Positions 1-12,998 of a stretch of 64,000 nucleotides of DNA are shown one piece after another (the stretch's first letter is position 1; each line of letters opens with the position of its first letter). The notes under the pieces were generated by a model that saw only the letters and a program-made list of their open reading frames with translations, had not been told where the DNA came from and searched no databases. The DNA is from Glycera tridactyla (lineage: Eukaryota). The stretch spans positions 25,854,001-25,918,000 of the forward strand of contig OZ286462.1 in NCBI GenBank assembly GCA_965644265.1, written 5' to 3'. The position numbers and the translations under genes were made by a program.

Positions 1-3000
1 CAGATATACCTAGCACTATTTGATGTCTTTCCTCTCTGTATCATGTTTCCACATTCGTTTTCGAGCATAGTTTTCCCCAAAAGTAAGAAACATTCCCCAA
101 AATGTTGTGATGCACACAAAGGCATGCATCTTGCAGATAATTTCGGGAGAACATTCTCCATTATTGAAGAGTGATTTATCCAACTGTCATATTAGAATCA
201 ACGATATGTATTTCATCATGTTATTCTGTAATGACCCGGTATTAAGATTCTGTCACCTTCACATGACACTGTGTGATTTTCCCTTTTTCATATAGTAATC
301 GTCAAGATGGCGATGATGATGTTTTGCAGGCTAAGTAAGATGAAGATTTTTATGAATGGATATTTAGCTATGTATAATAATGCATATGCCCATAATGAGT
401 TGAGTCCAACCCTGGGAGAATGCTGAACCCACAATGTTGACAATATACTACTTGGATGTGTTTGCAATTCGAGTAATAGATAATTTTGCAGTGACACAGG
501 AACCAATACATGCTGATTCCTTCCTAACCTATTTTATTTCCTATCCCACATCTGTCAAGATCATACTGCTGACTGATTTCAAGTCAAACACATCCTCATT
601 TGCACAATATGGCTTATTAGCATTGCAGGTTCAGTATTTCACTCGAGGGGACACCCAAATTCACCCCATCTTCCCTTCTCACTCCGATTGTTATCTCTCA
701 GGCATTGTCATGGCATCTTGGATTATAATCTACCTAAATTCCACAACTACTGATGTGCTGCTGTCCATATCATGACTGAGGAGGAATGCCTGAATAGCTT
801 TCATTACTGAGTGTGAAGGCACACAATTACTGATTATGATGAAATAAGATTTCACCAAAGGATGTCAATCATCCTGATAAAATTTAATACAGCACACTAG
901 AGAGTTCACACCATGACGTGATATGCTTCTATGTGCAACAATGTTCATTTCATTTTTAGTGGTGTGGGGCAAATCATATCGGACAAGATGGTTTGCAATT
1001 ATGTAAGGACTCGTGATTAAGTGGGGGTTATAACCCAAATGTCATACATGCAGTTGTATTGCACATGAATTTAGCGAAAAGGTTTCTCACATTTTCGGAT
1101 ATCATGTCCTTCAAGAGTTCCGGAAATACACTTACAATGCTATCTTACCTATGATCAATATTTTGAAATAATAAGCAAGACACATATCTTTTCGTTATCC
1201 TTCAAACTAGGAAACAATCATTGAAATTCGAAGGTGGAAATTCACCAAAAGTTGACCAAGTTGAATTCCACGAATCTCATCATATCTTCATTCGAAATTT
1301 GAAATGACTTCATTGTAGCAGTACAATTCATTTATGATATTTGATGTGAACTGTGTCCAATTAGTTTTCGATTACTAATGTTCTCCCAGCTGACATAACA
1401 TTTGAAGGACGCATCAGCAAACCATGTTTCGCTAAGTCATGTGCTTGCATAGCTGAGGTTTAATTTATATTCTAGATTAGTATTCCAACCATGTAACTTG
1501 TTTTTGCAGTTTCCAGCTTTCTTCGCATGCTAATATTTGGACATTGGTGGATGAAGACAGAGAACGAAACCTTTTCAGTTCTGATGCTGTTAGGATTCCT
1601 AGATATTTTGATCTCTGAATATTGTTATGAGCTAGATGACTGGGCGATATGACTATTGATATTTGAGTACATCCCCATCATGCGGAACTTTCGTTGCATA
1701 TTTTCAATGTTATCCTCTCACAAAGGACTATTTTCAATGATAGACATCCACACTTCCAAATTATTTTTTTTTACTGAATAACAAAAAATGCAAACTAGGT
1801 TTTTGAAATACAAAGATCAAGGAGAATTTTGCCAGCCTTCTTCTTGATCATTTAAATCTCCAAATCTTATGGTTCTGATTGCATTGGAATGGGAAGTAGT
1901 AAGATTTTGCAAACGGGAAAGTTCTTGGCCTAAAGATCCATTCTACTCTCCGACCTAAAAAACCTGGGAATGTACTGAATAGATTAAGTGCTTGTTATGG
2001 TACTACAACTGTACCATAGCACTACTAATGCTGCATCACCTCAAAGAGACTTATTCTAGACTGTATACGGCAATACATTCTCGTGTGTGATATCGTATTC
2101 ATCAGTTCCACGGTATTTCCTCTCTCTTTTGATAAGAAAGACACTATCTGTTTACTCCACAAGTGTTAGAGAAGTCATTACAAAATTTGGGGAAACAAAC
2201 GCAATTATATTGTTATCTAGTTTTCCCACTTTTCTTTCGTTCAATCACGTATACATTACCACAGACTAGCCATTGGGAGTGATATTTCGGACACAGCTTA
2301 CAATGATATGCCCAAACTTCTCAACAGTAGGTTAGACCTGGGTGACCGGATTCCCTCATTTTTCTATGATATTTGCCATGAGAACACTTCGGGAAATAGG
2401 TGTAATGTAGTGCTGTAACTTATAGGACCTGTTTCTGTGTTAAACCTTGGTGTCCGCATTATGGGCATGTACAGTCTCGATATAGAACTTGGTGTGCTCT
2501 TGCATACATATGTATACATTTGTTTAGGAATATCTGTTATATTTGCATAGGCAGAGGCTTTTAGCACAGAATGCAAAATGCTTTGATAAATTGTTGGTGG
2601 TTTCACAGTCAGTTTTCGATGAGACCTTTGGTATGCACCATTGGAAATGGTGGATATGATACATCATACTGAAGCCATCTAAAATACTTCATTCATTGTA
2701 TGCTGAATACCATGGATCGAAGTACCTTCAGATGGTTCGATCAAATTTGCCAAGGTTTAAAATATGAAAACTCCCATTCATTGAATTTCTCATTCATTTG
2801 ACCTGTCAATCCTTGTGAGAAATTTGCTCTGTCTCTCAAAATTTCTCACTGCCTGACATATGAAGAAACAATCTACCAACTATTATTTACATCAATCCAA
2901 TTACAGGTAGTTCATGCATGTCAGGTAGCCCAGTTTGACTTCCAGTTCACGCCCAGGATACAAGGAAGAGACCCTCATGAGATTTGTCTAGGTCGTGTGA

Positions 3001-3725
3001 GGGTATTTGGCATATGAACAAGACCATTTGGACTGATTGTGATCATTGTCATCAACAGGGCTACAGAGATGGGAGTTCATCTGACAGAAGTAACATTCGG
3101 CAATGGTTCATACCTGAACGCCTTGCCAGTATTCGATTCCGGCAGGTAATACATGCCAACCCAATCAATGCTGCTGTGTGTCATATCCTCTCATCCCGAT
3201 GTTGCATTACTTTTTTCTGTGATTTCCTAGTTGCCAGACAAGAGTACGACTAAGGCATAATCATGTTGTTCTTTGCCAGTAGTATTTCATCTGGCATTTT
3301 TGCTACTACGGGGATTGATGCTACTTTTTTGTTTGGTACAGAGCAGTATGCCTCTCACACTTTCACACTGACTTTTCAATATTGTGTCTCAGTTCAACAT
3401 TGTATACATTTCAGCACACGCAAGTTTGATTTTACTCGTCTTTTATTGTTTCACATCACACCTTACCAATGACGTTTTGATCATGTGGTCGATTGATATT
3501 AGTGCTATAGGATGTGAGATTTAATGAGGCGTCTCAATGAAAAAAGAATAATTCATATTATACCTGAACTGGGTGATTGAAGGCAGGGTTTTGGGGAACT
3601 GCTTTTTGGATCATCACTATTGTATGGAGATTATTCTAAACGTGCAAGAAGAGCAACTTTCAAATCCATCTTGCTCAATTGTCTAAAATAGGTCAGTGTC
3701 AAGAAGAGTTTGAACCGGGTATATT

Positions 3726-4030
3726 TCTGTCTGTCTCTCTGTCTGTCTCTCTGTCTGTCTGACCGTCTATCCGTCTATCCATCTATATGTTTGTCTGTCT
3801 GTCAGTCAGATTTCCCATCTATTACTCTATTCTGAAAGCTTTTCTGTACGTCCATCCGTGCGTTTGCCTGCCTGTCTGTCTGTCCGTTTCTCTGTATATC
3901 TGTATGTCAATCTGTCACCTGCCTGTCCATTTCCACATTTGTTGGTCAATCCTTCCGCTGTCTCTTTCCTGGCTATCTACTGCCTATGGTCGCCCTTACT
4001 ACGCAATTCATCCACCTAGCATCTATCCCA
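3726..4030. repeat. Degenerate (CTGT)/(CTAT)/(CATC)n tetranucleotide region; similar tract at 4790-4995
   Basis: ctgtctgtct, ccgtctatccatctat runs. Confidence 0.7.
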
Positions 4031-5115
4031 TCTACCCTACATCATTCAAACTCATTGTCTGCGCAAGCATCCATACTCATCCAATGACTCACACTTTCAA
4101 AAGCTACCTGATCCACCAGCTCGTCACACCACGTTCAAATTATTCGCTTTTCTTTTATTTTCGCAATTTTCATACAATGGTCATGGACGCATGTACAAAA
4201 TAATTCATCCAATCCTCCATTCTATGTCGTTCCTGCATGGCCCATCCGCCCTTCTCTGCCTTTCCGTTGTTCCACGCCTTTTGTTAGTCTGTTTGAAGAA
4301 GATGCTAAGGTAGATACGCATATCACTTATATTTCTCAAACCAACAATCCGAGTAATGGCCAGGAATTTTACATTTCCTCAACTCAAAATCAACTATAGA
4401 AATTCGCGACCAATAATTTCATCAGGCGGTTACTGGCGGTAGTGTCAGTGATGAGAGATTCGGTGTTGGTGGTGATAGTATAGTTGCAGAAAGTCCGTTG
4501 TTCTGCTATACTCTGATCTTCTCTCGATATTGTATAATGTTGTTGATAATCACAATCAACCGTAAAATTGCTGCTGTGATGCTGATTATATCAATTCAAG
4601 AATCATATTCTGAAGCCAAAGTTGGCTGTTGACATGTTCAGATATCAAGATTTCGAACGATCATATTCTGTACCATGAATCTCAGTCTTGGTGAGATTCT
4701 ATTACAGAGAATAGATATTGCTTCGTAAAATAGAGTGAACACAGGTTTTAATTATTCTCATCCTGCGTGTGATTGCACCTGTATACCCATTCTGACTGTC
4801 TATCTATCTAAATGTCTATCTGTTCATCTGGTCATCTGTCTATCTGAGTGTCTGTCTATCTATCCATGTATGGATTCCTCCATCTATCCGTCGGTCTTCA
4901 TCTATCAATCTCTCCGCTCGTCTATCCACACAGACATCTATCCAGTCATCCACATGTACATGCATACACACATGCATATACACACATATATGCATGCATG
5001 GCAACAGTTCCATGAAATGTGTCAAATTGCCTAGCCTATTGTGTGGGTTGAGCCCATAACCTCTGAGCAAGGCACCACCGCAGACAACAGAGAGCCATCA
5101 CCCCTACCTGTTGCG

Positions 5116-5244
5116 NNNNNNNNNNNNNNNNNNNNNNNNNNNNNNNNNNNNNNNNNNNNNNNNNNNNNNNNNNNNNNNNNNNNNNNNNNNNNNNNNNNNN
5201 NNNNNNNNNNNNNNNNNNNNNNNNNNNNNNNNNNNNNNNNNNNN
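5116..5244. other. Assembly gap (other gaps: 21055-21203, ~28239-28412, 33341-33470, 45708-45917, 49158-49346, 53600-53859)
   Basis: Runs of N; ORFs spanning them are artefacts. Confidence 0.99.
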
Positions 5245-6083
5245 CAGCTATTGATACAGACAGTTACCTACACAGAGTTAGGGAAGCCTCTTTGCCTCGA
5301 TCCATAGTCCCGACTCAACGTCGTCTTTGCTTTTGGGTGTACGTACGTAAGTATCTCTCTCTTCGTCTCCTTATTTCCTCGTCAGATGTTGTTAACAAGT
5401 TTCAGTTTCGTATCACCACATACATTCCCATAAAACTCTTACTTCTCCAGTTGTATATCACCTTTCACTTCTCATGGGTTGGGTGCGGTATTACAGACAG
5501 TGCCTGATGAAAGATACGAGATATGGCGTAACAAGTCATTCGTGACGTTTCTCGTATGTTGACCTATCCAATCATGGATGCATTTAGGGGTGGGGAGCAA
5601 GAGAATCTCAAGATTAATATATTACTGTGAGTGAGACTTTGTTGATGAAGATTATCTGTAAATAAGCTAAACTTTACAATGCTTTCATTCACTAGTCATT
5701 TATGATGTTTTCATCCAGAACAGGAGTCTTCCCTTGCTGTTTTCTTTCTGTATATCCCACCACATTCTTCTCAGGCATATGTAGAGGACGGATTGATGAT
5801 TTAATGAGGATGCAGGGAGGGTTGGGTTAGAGTCATACGAGTGACTCTCACCAAAAAGAAAGATGCTCTGAATTGCACATCTATATATTGTGTTGGTTCC
5901 CAATGGGAATTACCTCGCAAAAATCAATTAATATTTTCCTCAAGTACAATAGAACTAACAGCATGGGAATGACTCCTAATACAGATCTGTATACTAACAT
6001 GTCTGATACGTGTTTCATGACGGTAACCTGACCAGCTTTGTCCTTTCTTTTTTCTCCTTCCTGTCGCTGATCTCGGTGTGCAG

Positions 6084-6279
6084 AATTCTGAAGAGCTACA
6101 CTACGTTGTTCTGGTCACTGTTCGGTTTGACTTCACTGAACACAGTGCGCGAGGGCGACGTCCAACCATTCACCAAGCATGTTGGAGAATATTTGCTCAT
6201 GACCTACCACGTCCTAGCCATCATTGTTCTAATTAACATGCTAATCGCTATGATGTCCAATAGTTTTCAAAATATTGAG
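6084..6279 (+). CDS. TRPC: TRPC channel exon, pore helix + filter + S6, copy A (alternative exon)
   Basis: Pyrimidine tract and tgcag acceptor (AG ends 6083); donor GAG|gtatga at 6280; phase 2 to 0, 196 nt. Encodes [65 protein letters not shown], with the TRPC LFW pore-helix motif and the NMLIAMM S6 motif. Confidence 0.95.
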
Positions 6280-7483
6280 GTATGACACTCGAGATTATAG
6301 TCTCTCAAGCGCTACTCATCCTCCTTGTCTTCTTGTGTCTCTATTGTTCCCATTGTTCATTATTGTTTTTTTTACAAGGTCGAAACTGATGTCACTGACA
6401 TAGAATTTTGACTTGCTGAATCTGAGTCTAAAGCGTATAGGATTTCAAAAAAGATGTTCTATCCTTACTAAAAAAAGTTCCAGCCCTCATTCAAGAAGAG
6501 CATGAATGACATTGATAGCATGCATCTGATAGTATAGGTCTTGAACGGAAGCACAAGCAAAATTGTCCTATACACACAAGCATGTGTCATTCTGCACACA
6601 GGTATACACACAGAATTGTACATTTCTTATGGACAACCAATTGAAGATGTGTATATGACGTCATATAACCTCAACTCAGCTTGCTGACGTCATCAATGGA
6701 TGTCAGTGATGTCAGTTACGGCCTGAATGTCTGGTAATAACAGTAATTCCACAAGTCTTGATTGGTTGTCTGATGACGCCATCTACCGTCATTCATCCAT
6801 ACTTGTAGCAGCCATGTGTATTGTCTATTCTAGCCACTTGGAGCGCTGTAAGCTGGCGCCGCTATCTACACAGTCTTCAAGCCATGGCGTGTTGTATCAC
6901 GCAAGGTGCTTTTCACCACACGTTCATAGGCTCACTCAAACATGTCTCTTCTCAATTCTTTTGGCCTGCTTTTCTTGTAACATAGTCCAACTTCAAATAA
7001 CTTCACAAATTGGTACGGGCGCAACATCTTTATGTCCACATTATATATGCCAAAAGTAACCGCAGGTGTCGGATTCTTTTATTTGTGGATGATTATCTGC
7101 CACGTGACTCTTGTAGACGTGACCAGGAGGAATAATTTGGGTAGAAGCCAGCCTATGGATTGATGTAGTCGAATATTTCGTCGATATCATCACAGGAAAA
7201 AAAGCAATGCCCTTTCGAAGTAGCTTGCGCCGTGCGTGCAGTGTTTAGTAGGTCGCCCTTGAAGCAAGGGACGGAATGACACGTTTGGTGCAACTTGCCC
7301 ATGACATGCCATCAGCTTGGAGGCTCGTGTACACGCCATTGTTGGTACCACAACACCGGTCGACAGCACGCATGATGTCCTAGCACATCTTACATCGTAC
7401 CTCAGCCACCGGGCCACCATATGCATAATGATCTGTGTCAACGTGAGTGACGCACACATGGTGCATCTGTCTCTGTGTTTCAG

Positions 7484-7673
7484 ACTGGATACGTCCTTTA
7501 AGACTCTGTTCTGGTCCATGTTTGGCCTTATCACCTTAGACACACTCGAGGTCAATGTGTACTACGTCGAAGTGTTTGGCAAGCTACTCTTTGGCGTTTA
7601 TAATGTGGCCACAAAGATCTTGCTCCTGAACATGCTCATTGCAATGATGTCTAAATCATTTCACACCATTGTG
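7484..7673 (+). CDS. TRPC: TRPC channel exon, pore helix + filter + S6, copy B (alternative exon)
   Basis: Acceptor ctctgtgtttcag (AG ends 7483); donor GTG|gtaagc at 7674; phase 2 to 0, 190 nt. Encodes [63 protein letters not shown], homologous to copy A (28/65 identities by manual alignment). Confidence 0.92.
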
Positions 7674-9675
7674 GTAAGCACCAAGGTTTTAGGTTCTGAA
7701 CTCCGTCTGTCAGTCTTTCACGCATACTGGTCTGCAGTACACCTCTTGATGACTTTTCTTTGTTGAGCCTTGTCCCGTCGCTGTAATTCATAAATCTGAT
7801 AAGGAGGATCAAGCAAGTAAATTATTGACATTATAGAACAATGCAACAAGAAACATTCAGAGTGTTTTTCTCAGTATCAATGACCAATTGATATATTACA
7901 TTATCATTTTGACTTATTATATCTCACAATATGTGACAGCACAAGGCTCTAATTCTTTGTACCCATTGATGTTGTTTCTCTATAGCTTTAGTCATGTTCC
8001 AGCAAACATATGTCCCTTAGTATGGATACTGTAGCAGGATCTTTGCAGTGTATGTCGATTCGTACATTTCATCTAGTCGAACATATATAGATACATGTAG
8101 AGTTATGTCACATGTTCGCTTTCCGAATATGACGGATGCTGTGGGGACTGTAAGCTTCGGACATTTCAGCATTTGATATAGTTGAGAGGTGGGTGGCCCT
8201 CTGCAGAACGATTCCGGGGCCCTTGGTACCTTATGGCGGAGCAGACTCTTGTCAATTCTCCTGCTGCAAGATTGATCTCTCAAGTCATTAATGCAGTTTC
8301 ATTTCAATGCCAGGCAGATATTCGATTTTTGGACATTTTGGCATGGCGCAATGCCAATCTACACTCCAGGGGGTCAAATTTAGGGCCAATTCATTCATTC
8401 ATCAATGTACTCAATCAGACATCCGGCACAATTCTTAATTTGGCCTTAGAAATTCTGAAATACACATTTTACTGTGAATCCAAGCTTAAATTTCTTAATG
8501 TTCACCCCAAAAATGGATTTTTTTAAAGAATATGTTGCCTAAGTAAAAGTTGCATTAGGTTGTTACCGATAAGAAAACATACCATTGTCTGTATTTTCCA
8601 AATGATGTTTGGGTGATTTTCAAGGTATACCTGATCCTGGTCAAGCATTTTCGAGAATTGGTGAAAACTGCATTAATCACTTGAGCTTCTTCTATTTTCT
8701 TCCTTTGTGGAGAATACAAAATTGTCAATAACGTAACCACAGTCAAGTGAATGCGTATTCCCATTGGCCGACAGAATATATCGACAATGTAGTTCACTCT
8801 TCAGGCTGATGAATCAATGAGTTTTCTTAAAGCATTCAATCATAAATTCCCACAAACCTGATGTGATATAATTGCTTTCATCTGTTTGGTATAGTTCTAT
8901 GTAAACTACATATACTGGATAGAGGGAAAGCATGATGATACAATCGGGATGAGTACAACCTTAATCGGTGGTGAATTCCTCTCACGACTCAATTGATGGA
9001 GGTGGTCCATTGTCCGATAACGAATAATTGCCAACTGTGATCCATGGCTCATTCGATCCTCTTGTTTAAAATCAGGCAATTACTTGATCAGTGATTTTTA
9101 AAAGTGATTGAACTGTGGGATGGACTCGGGTGACAAGTACAAACTCACCATGATCAAGCCTGGGTCTTTCTTATTGATTCAAGCTTGAAAATCAAATGTC
9201 CAAATGTCACAATTCACATTAGTGGAACATATCGTTGTGAATCCTATATAAGTGGCTGCAGGCTGGTGAATCTGTGAATGTCTTCTGCATGTTGTTCGTC
9301 TCTCTTACGTCCATATTGTAGAATTTCTATCTTACGGTCGGAACTGCTCCATACAGTATATAGGATACAGCCTTTCATCTCATACTGGATATCCCAGAGT
9401 TAGTGCTCTTTCCACCAACTATAATCACAATATTTTCTTATGTGTACTACATATCGGGGTGTCATGCAGAAGTGATCCAGATCGTTCTATCCATCGATCG
9501 ATAGATCAGATATTATTTTCGAATGATTGCATGACAAGATTGAGTGTTCAAGTTATATAATGAACATAGAAATTGTAAAAAAGATGCGAAAAGAATTCTG
9601 ATGAAGCACATCATGTAAGCGGAGTTATTGTAAGAAAGTGTGTATTAAGAAACACAATGCATGTGAACCTGATAC

Positions 9676-10562
9676 AAGTGATGCAATTACAATTCGCAAG
9701 TGAACATCATCACATAAAGTGATATGTCTGGGCACAATATGCATCAACCATCATTGCAAGTGATGCAATTACAATTCGCAAGTGAAAATCACATAAATTG
9801 ATATGTCTAGGCACAATATGCATGAGCCATTATTACAAGTGATGCAATTACAATTCGCAAGTGAACATCACATAAAGTGATATGTCTAGGCACAACAGGC
9901 ATGAACCATTATTACAAGTGATGCAATTACAATTCGCAAGTGAACATCACATAAAGTGATATGTCTAGGCACAACAGGCATGAACCATTATTACAAGTGA
10001 TGCAATTACGATTCGCAAGTGAACATCACATAAAGTGATATGTCTGGGCACAACATGCATGAACCATTATTACAAGTGATGCAATTACAGTTCACAAAGG
10101 AACATCATCACATAAAGTGATATGTCTGGGCACAGCATGCATCAACCATCATCACAAGTGATGCAATTACAATTCGCAAGTGAACATCATCACATAAAGT
10201 GATATGTCTGGGCACAACATGCATGGACTATCATTACAAGTGATGCAATTACAATTCGCAAGTGAACATCATCACATAAAGTGATATGTCTGGGCACAAC
10301 ATGCATGGACTATCATTACAAGTAATGCAATTACAGTTCGCAAGTGAACATCATAACATAAAGTGATATGTCTGGGCACAACATGCATGGACTATCATTA
10401 CAAGTGATGCAATTACGATTCGCAAGTGAACATCACATAAAGTGATATGTCTGGGCACAACATGCATGAACCATTATTACAAGTGATGCAATTACAGTTC
10501 ACAAAGGAACATCATCACATAAAGTGATATGTCTGGGCACAACATGCATGAACCATTGTTAC
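9676..10562. repeat. Minisatellite, 79/82-bp unit x11
   Basis: Unit aagtgatgcaattacaattcgcaagtgaacat(cat)cacataaagtgatatgtctgggcacaacatgcatgaaccattattac; starts at 9676, 9758, 9837, 9916, 9995, 10074, 10156, 10238, 10320, 10402, 10481. Confidence 0.95.
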
Positions 10563-12998
10563 AGAGATGGCGTGTTTCGGCACGACATTGAAGAAACGTC
10601 ATCACGAGAAATGCCGTGTTTTTGCATAAGGAAACACATTATGTTCCCTCCAAAAGTCGTATCCGAAATTCAACACAACCAATATATGGAATGGGATTAT
10701 ATCATCAAATGCTGAAGGCTTTCAGCCATGGTGTATTTCCATATGCTGCTGGTCACTCCAAACGAAATGTTGTCAATGATGGTGCAGGTCGTTCATGCCA
10801 TCGGTTGTGACTTGGAATAATCTCAAAATATTTACACTATCAATGTTCCCTTTGAAACACATGATTGATGCTCGCTGACTGACAGCGAGCTCCTCTTTCA
10901 TCGATATGTGATTTGGGACATTATCTCCATCATCATCGTATGCAGTGCGACTCTCCAAAGGAGGATCAGAGAAAGTCCTGGTGGAATTGATGCACATGTG
11001 TGTAGATCGTCAACGTACATAGATCATTATTGCAGCTTGTATGATCACTCTTGGACGGGAATGTCTCGCTTTTATCCTGTCCTCTTAGCTCTTCCGTCTG
11101 TCCCCTCACCGTGAGAGTGAATATCACATACTAGTTTCTTTCGATAGCCTGCATTGATCATCATTAATCTTTTCAGTCATGGAGTATTTTGATGCCAATT
11201 CATATTCACAGAATCACAGACTTTCGCCCAAATTCAGATGCAAAGGTTTTTTTTTCAGAAACACTTATGATCACTGAAGTAATTTAAGTCATTGTGATCC
11301 CAAATTGCTAAACCTAGATATATACGAGGCGAACGCCATTACAAATAAAAACCTTGGCTAACGAAGGCAGCTACATGGTGAACCATCCTTTCACATGTAG
11401 TCCCTAATTGACTAGTTCACCTTTCTGTTTGAACAGTGTACCTATATTGTGAATTTTCATTTTGGATATTGGTGGGTATCAGTTTTGAATCGTTTACTTC
11501 GTACTCTAATGTATGTTTCGTGGCATATCGAGCATTTTCTGCAGTATATTCTATTTTGAAACTAATGACATCAATGATATGTGTATGTATATGTGTATTG
11601 CTCATTCACCTCAAATGTTTTTTGGTTTCTATCCATTGCTATTACTTTATCTAAATAGGTGATAGTGAATGTGCCTGGCTGTTTGCAAACACTACAGACG
11701 CTTCCTGAAATTGCTGGAACCCTAAAAATGAATATGAACACTAACATTTCAATGATTGAGGCCCACAGTTTGGAACCCTTGAAGTTAAGCTGTTACTGAG
11801 CAACACTAGAATAAAAAAATGTGTATCGATTCTCATAATCTCAGGATACATCGTGAATTTGTGAGGACAGAAAACGCTATTTATCAAAATAATTGTTTAA
11901 AAGTCTTGATCAAACTTTCACTGGAAACGAAGCACTGTTTGCGAACATGTCATGGCTGAATAGAATTCACACTGACCTACATGTGGATCAGTGTATCTCG
12001 TATAGACACCTATAAAGACTGTTCTGGGCACAGTGATTCCAAACATCTCTTCCTGAAAGAAAGATTTCTTGAGATGCATGCCTTAAGATTCAGAATGAGT
12101 TCCCTGTCAATTGCAAAACATGGCATTACCTCCCTCCGCTGGCGTTGTCAATCAATATGGAACTCAGCAGACTAAGTGATGCAAAATGTGTTTTTGGCAC
12201 CAAGTTTTGCCGGGCAAATCCCAAATCCATCCAGTCATTTCAGTGATTGCTATCACTTCATATAAATACGTCGGTAATATCGATTTGCATGAAGATTTGT
12301 TATTCGGTCTGGATTGTTATATGGATGATCCATCCATCTTCAAATGAAGATGCGAAGTTGAATACAATGGCTATATTTTTAATGAGATGACTATTTGGTG
12401 CATTGTATCTTAAATGAAAGCTCCACTACATTTTTGTGTGTATCGAATAATAGAACCACGAATTTACTTTCGCCTTCAGTGTTTGCCAACACAATACTGC
12501 TAATAGCTTCCTCAGTTGTTCCAACCTAATACTTTGTACTAATAAATCATTTCAAATGACAGCATAATTACTGTGCATGTCGACCATACATAACTTTCTA
12601 CTTTGAGATGTTGTCATCACACATTTTTGCTGATGAAAAACATTCTAACATTTATTTTTCATATTAACTCTAATTGCATGATTATTGCTTGAGTTGGCTA
12701 TTTTTGAAAATACATTTTAAATACAATCGAGTATCCATCTGTATCAGATACTTTTCTCTTGAGAGTGATCATTTCCCGTGTCTGAGCAGTATGATATGAG
12801 CACTGTAGGTCATTTCATTCCGAAGGTCGCACTGACTAACAGGAAGAATGTATAAATGTGTGGACATCTTAGCTGCGTGCAGGTATATATGTATGTGTGT
12901 ACGATTGAACATGGTTGTGATCTTGATCAGATAGATTGATTGATAGATATCACCCCCATCATCCCCATTTACATGTGATCAACCCCATTTCTTCACAG

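Noticed and set aside
1061-1444. ~25-bp imperfect inverted repeats flanking ~330 bp
   Set aside because: Could be an old MITE, but the match is short and no TSD is visible.
5044-5080. gggttgagccc...ctgagcaaggcac, reminiscent of a tRNA-SINE B box and core; similar gtgggttcaatccc at ~44933
   Set aside because: Too short and degenerate, with no clear A box or tail; no tRNA cloverleaf.
5041-5307. ORFs spanning N-runs (also near 21017, 28138, 33133, 45540, 48960, 53516)
   Set aside because: They are open only because N codons are not stops.
1-6083. Search for the upstream TRPC S5 exon and for additional pore-exon copies (also 7700-12990)
   Set aside because: No frame with S5 (KF..F..V..F..GL) or LFW/NMLIAMM motifs was found. 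S5 probably lies upstream of the window or in the 5116-5244 gap.
6884-7339. 9-bp complementarity (atggcgtgt / acacgccat) in the intron between pore exons, as a docking/selector pair
   Set aside because: It cannot be extended and is expected by chance in 1.2 kb.
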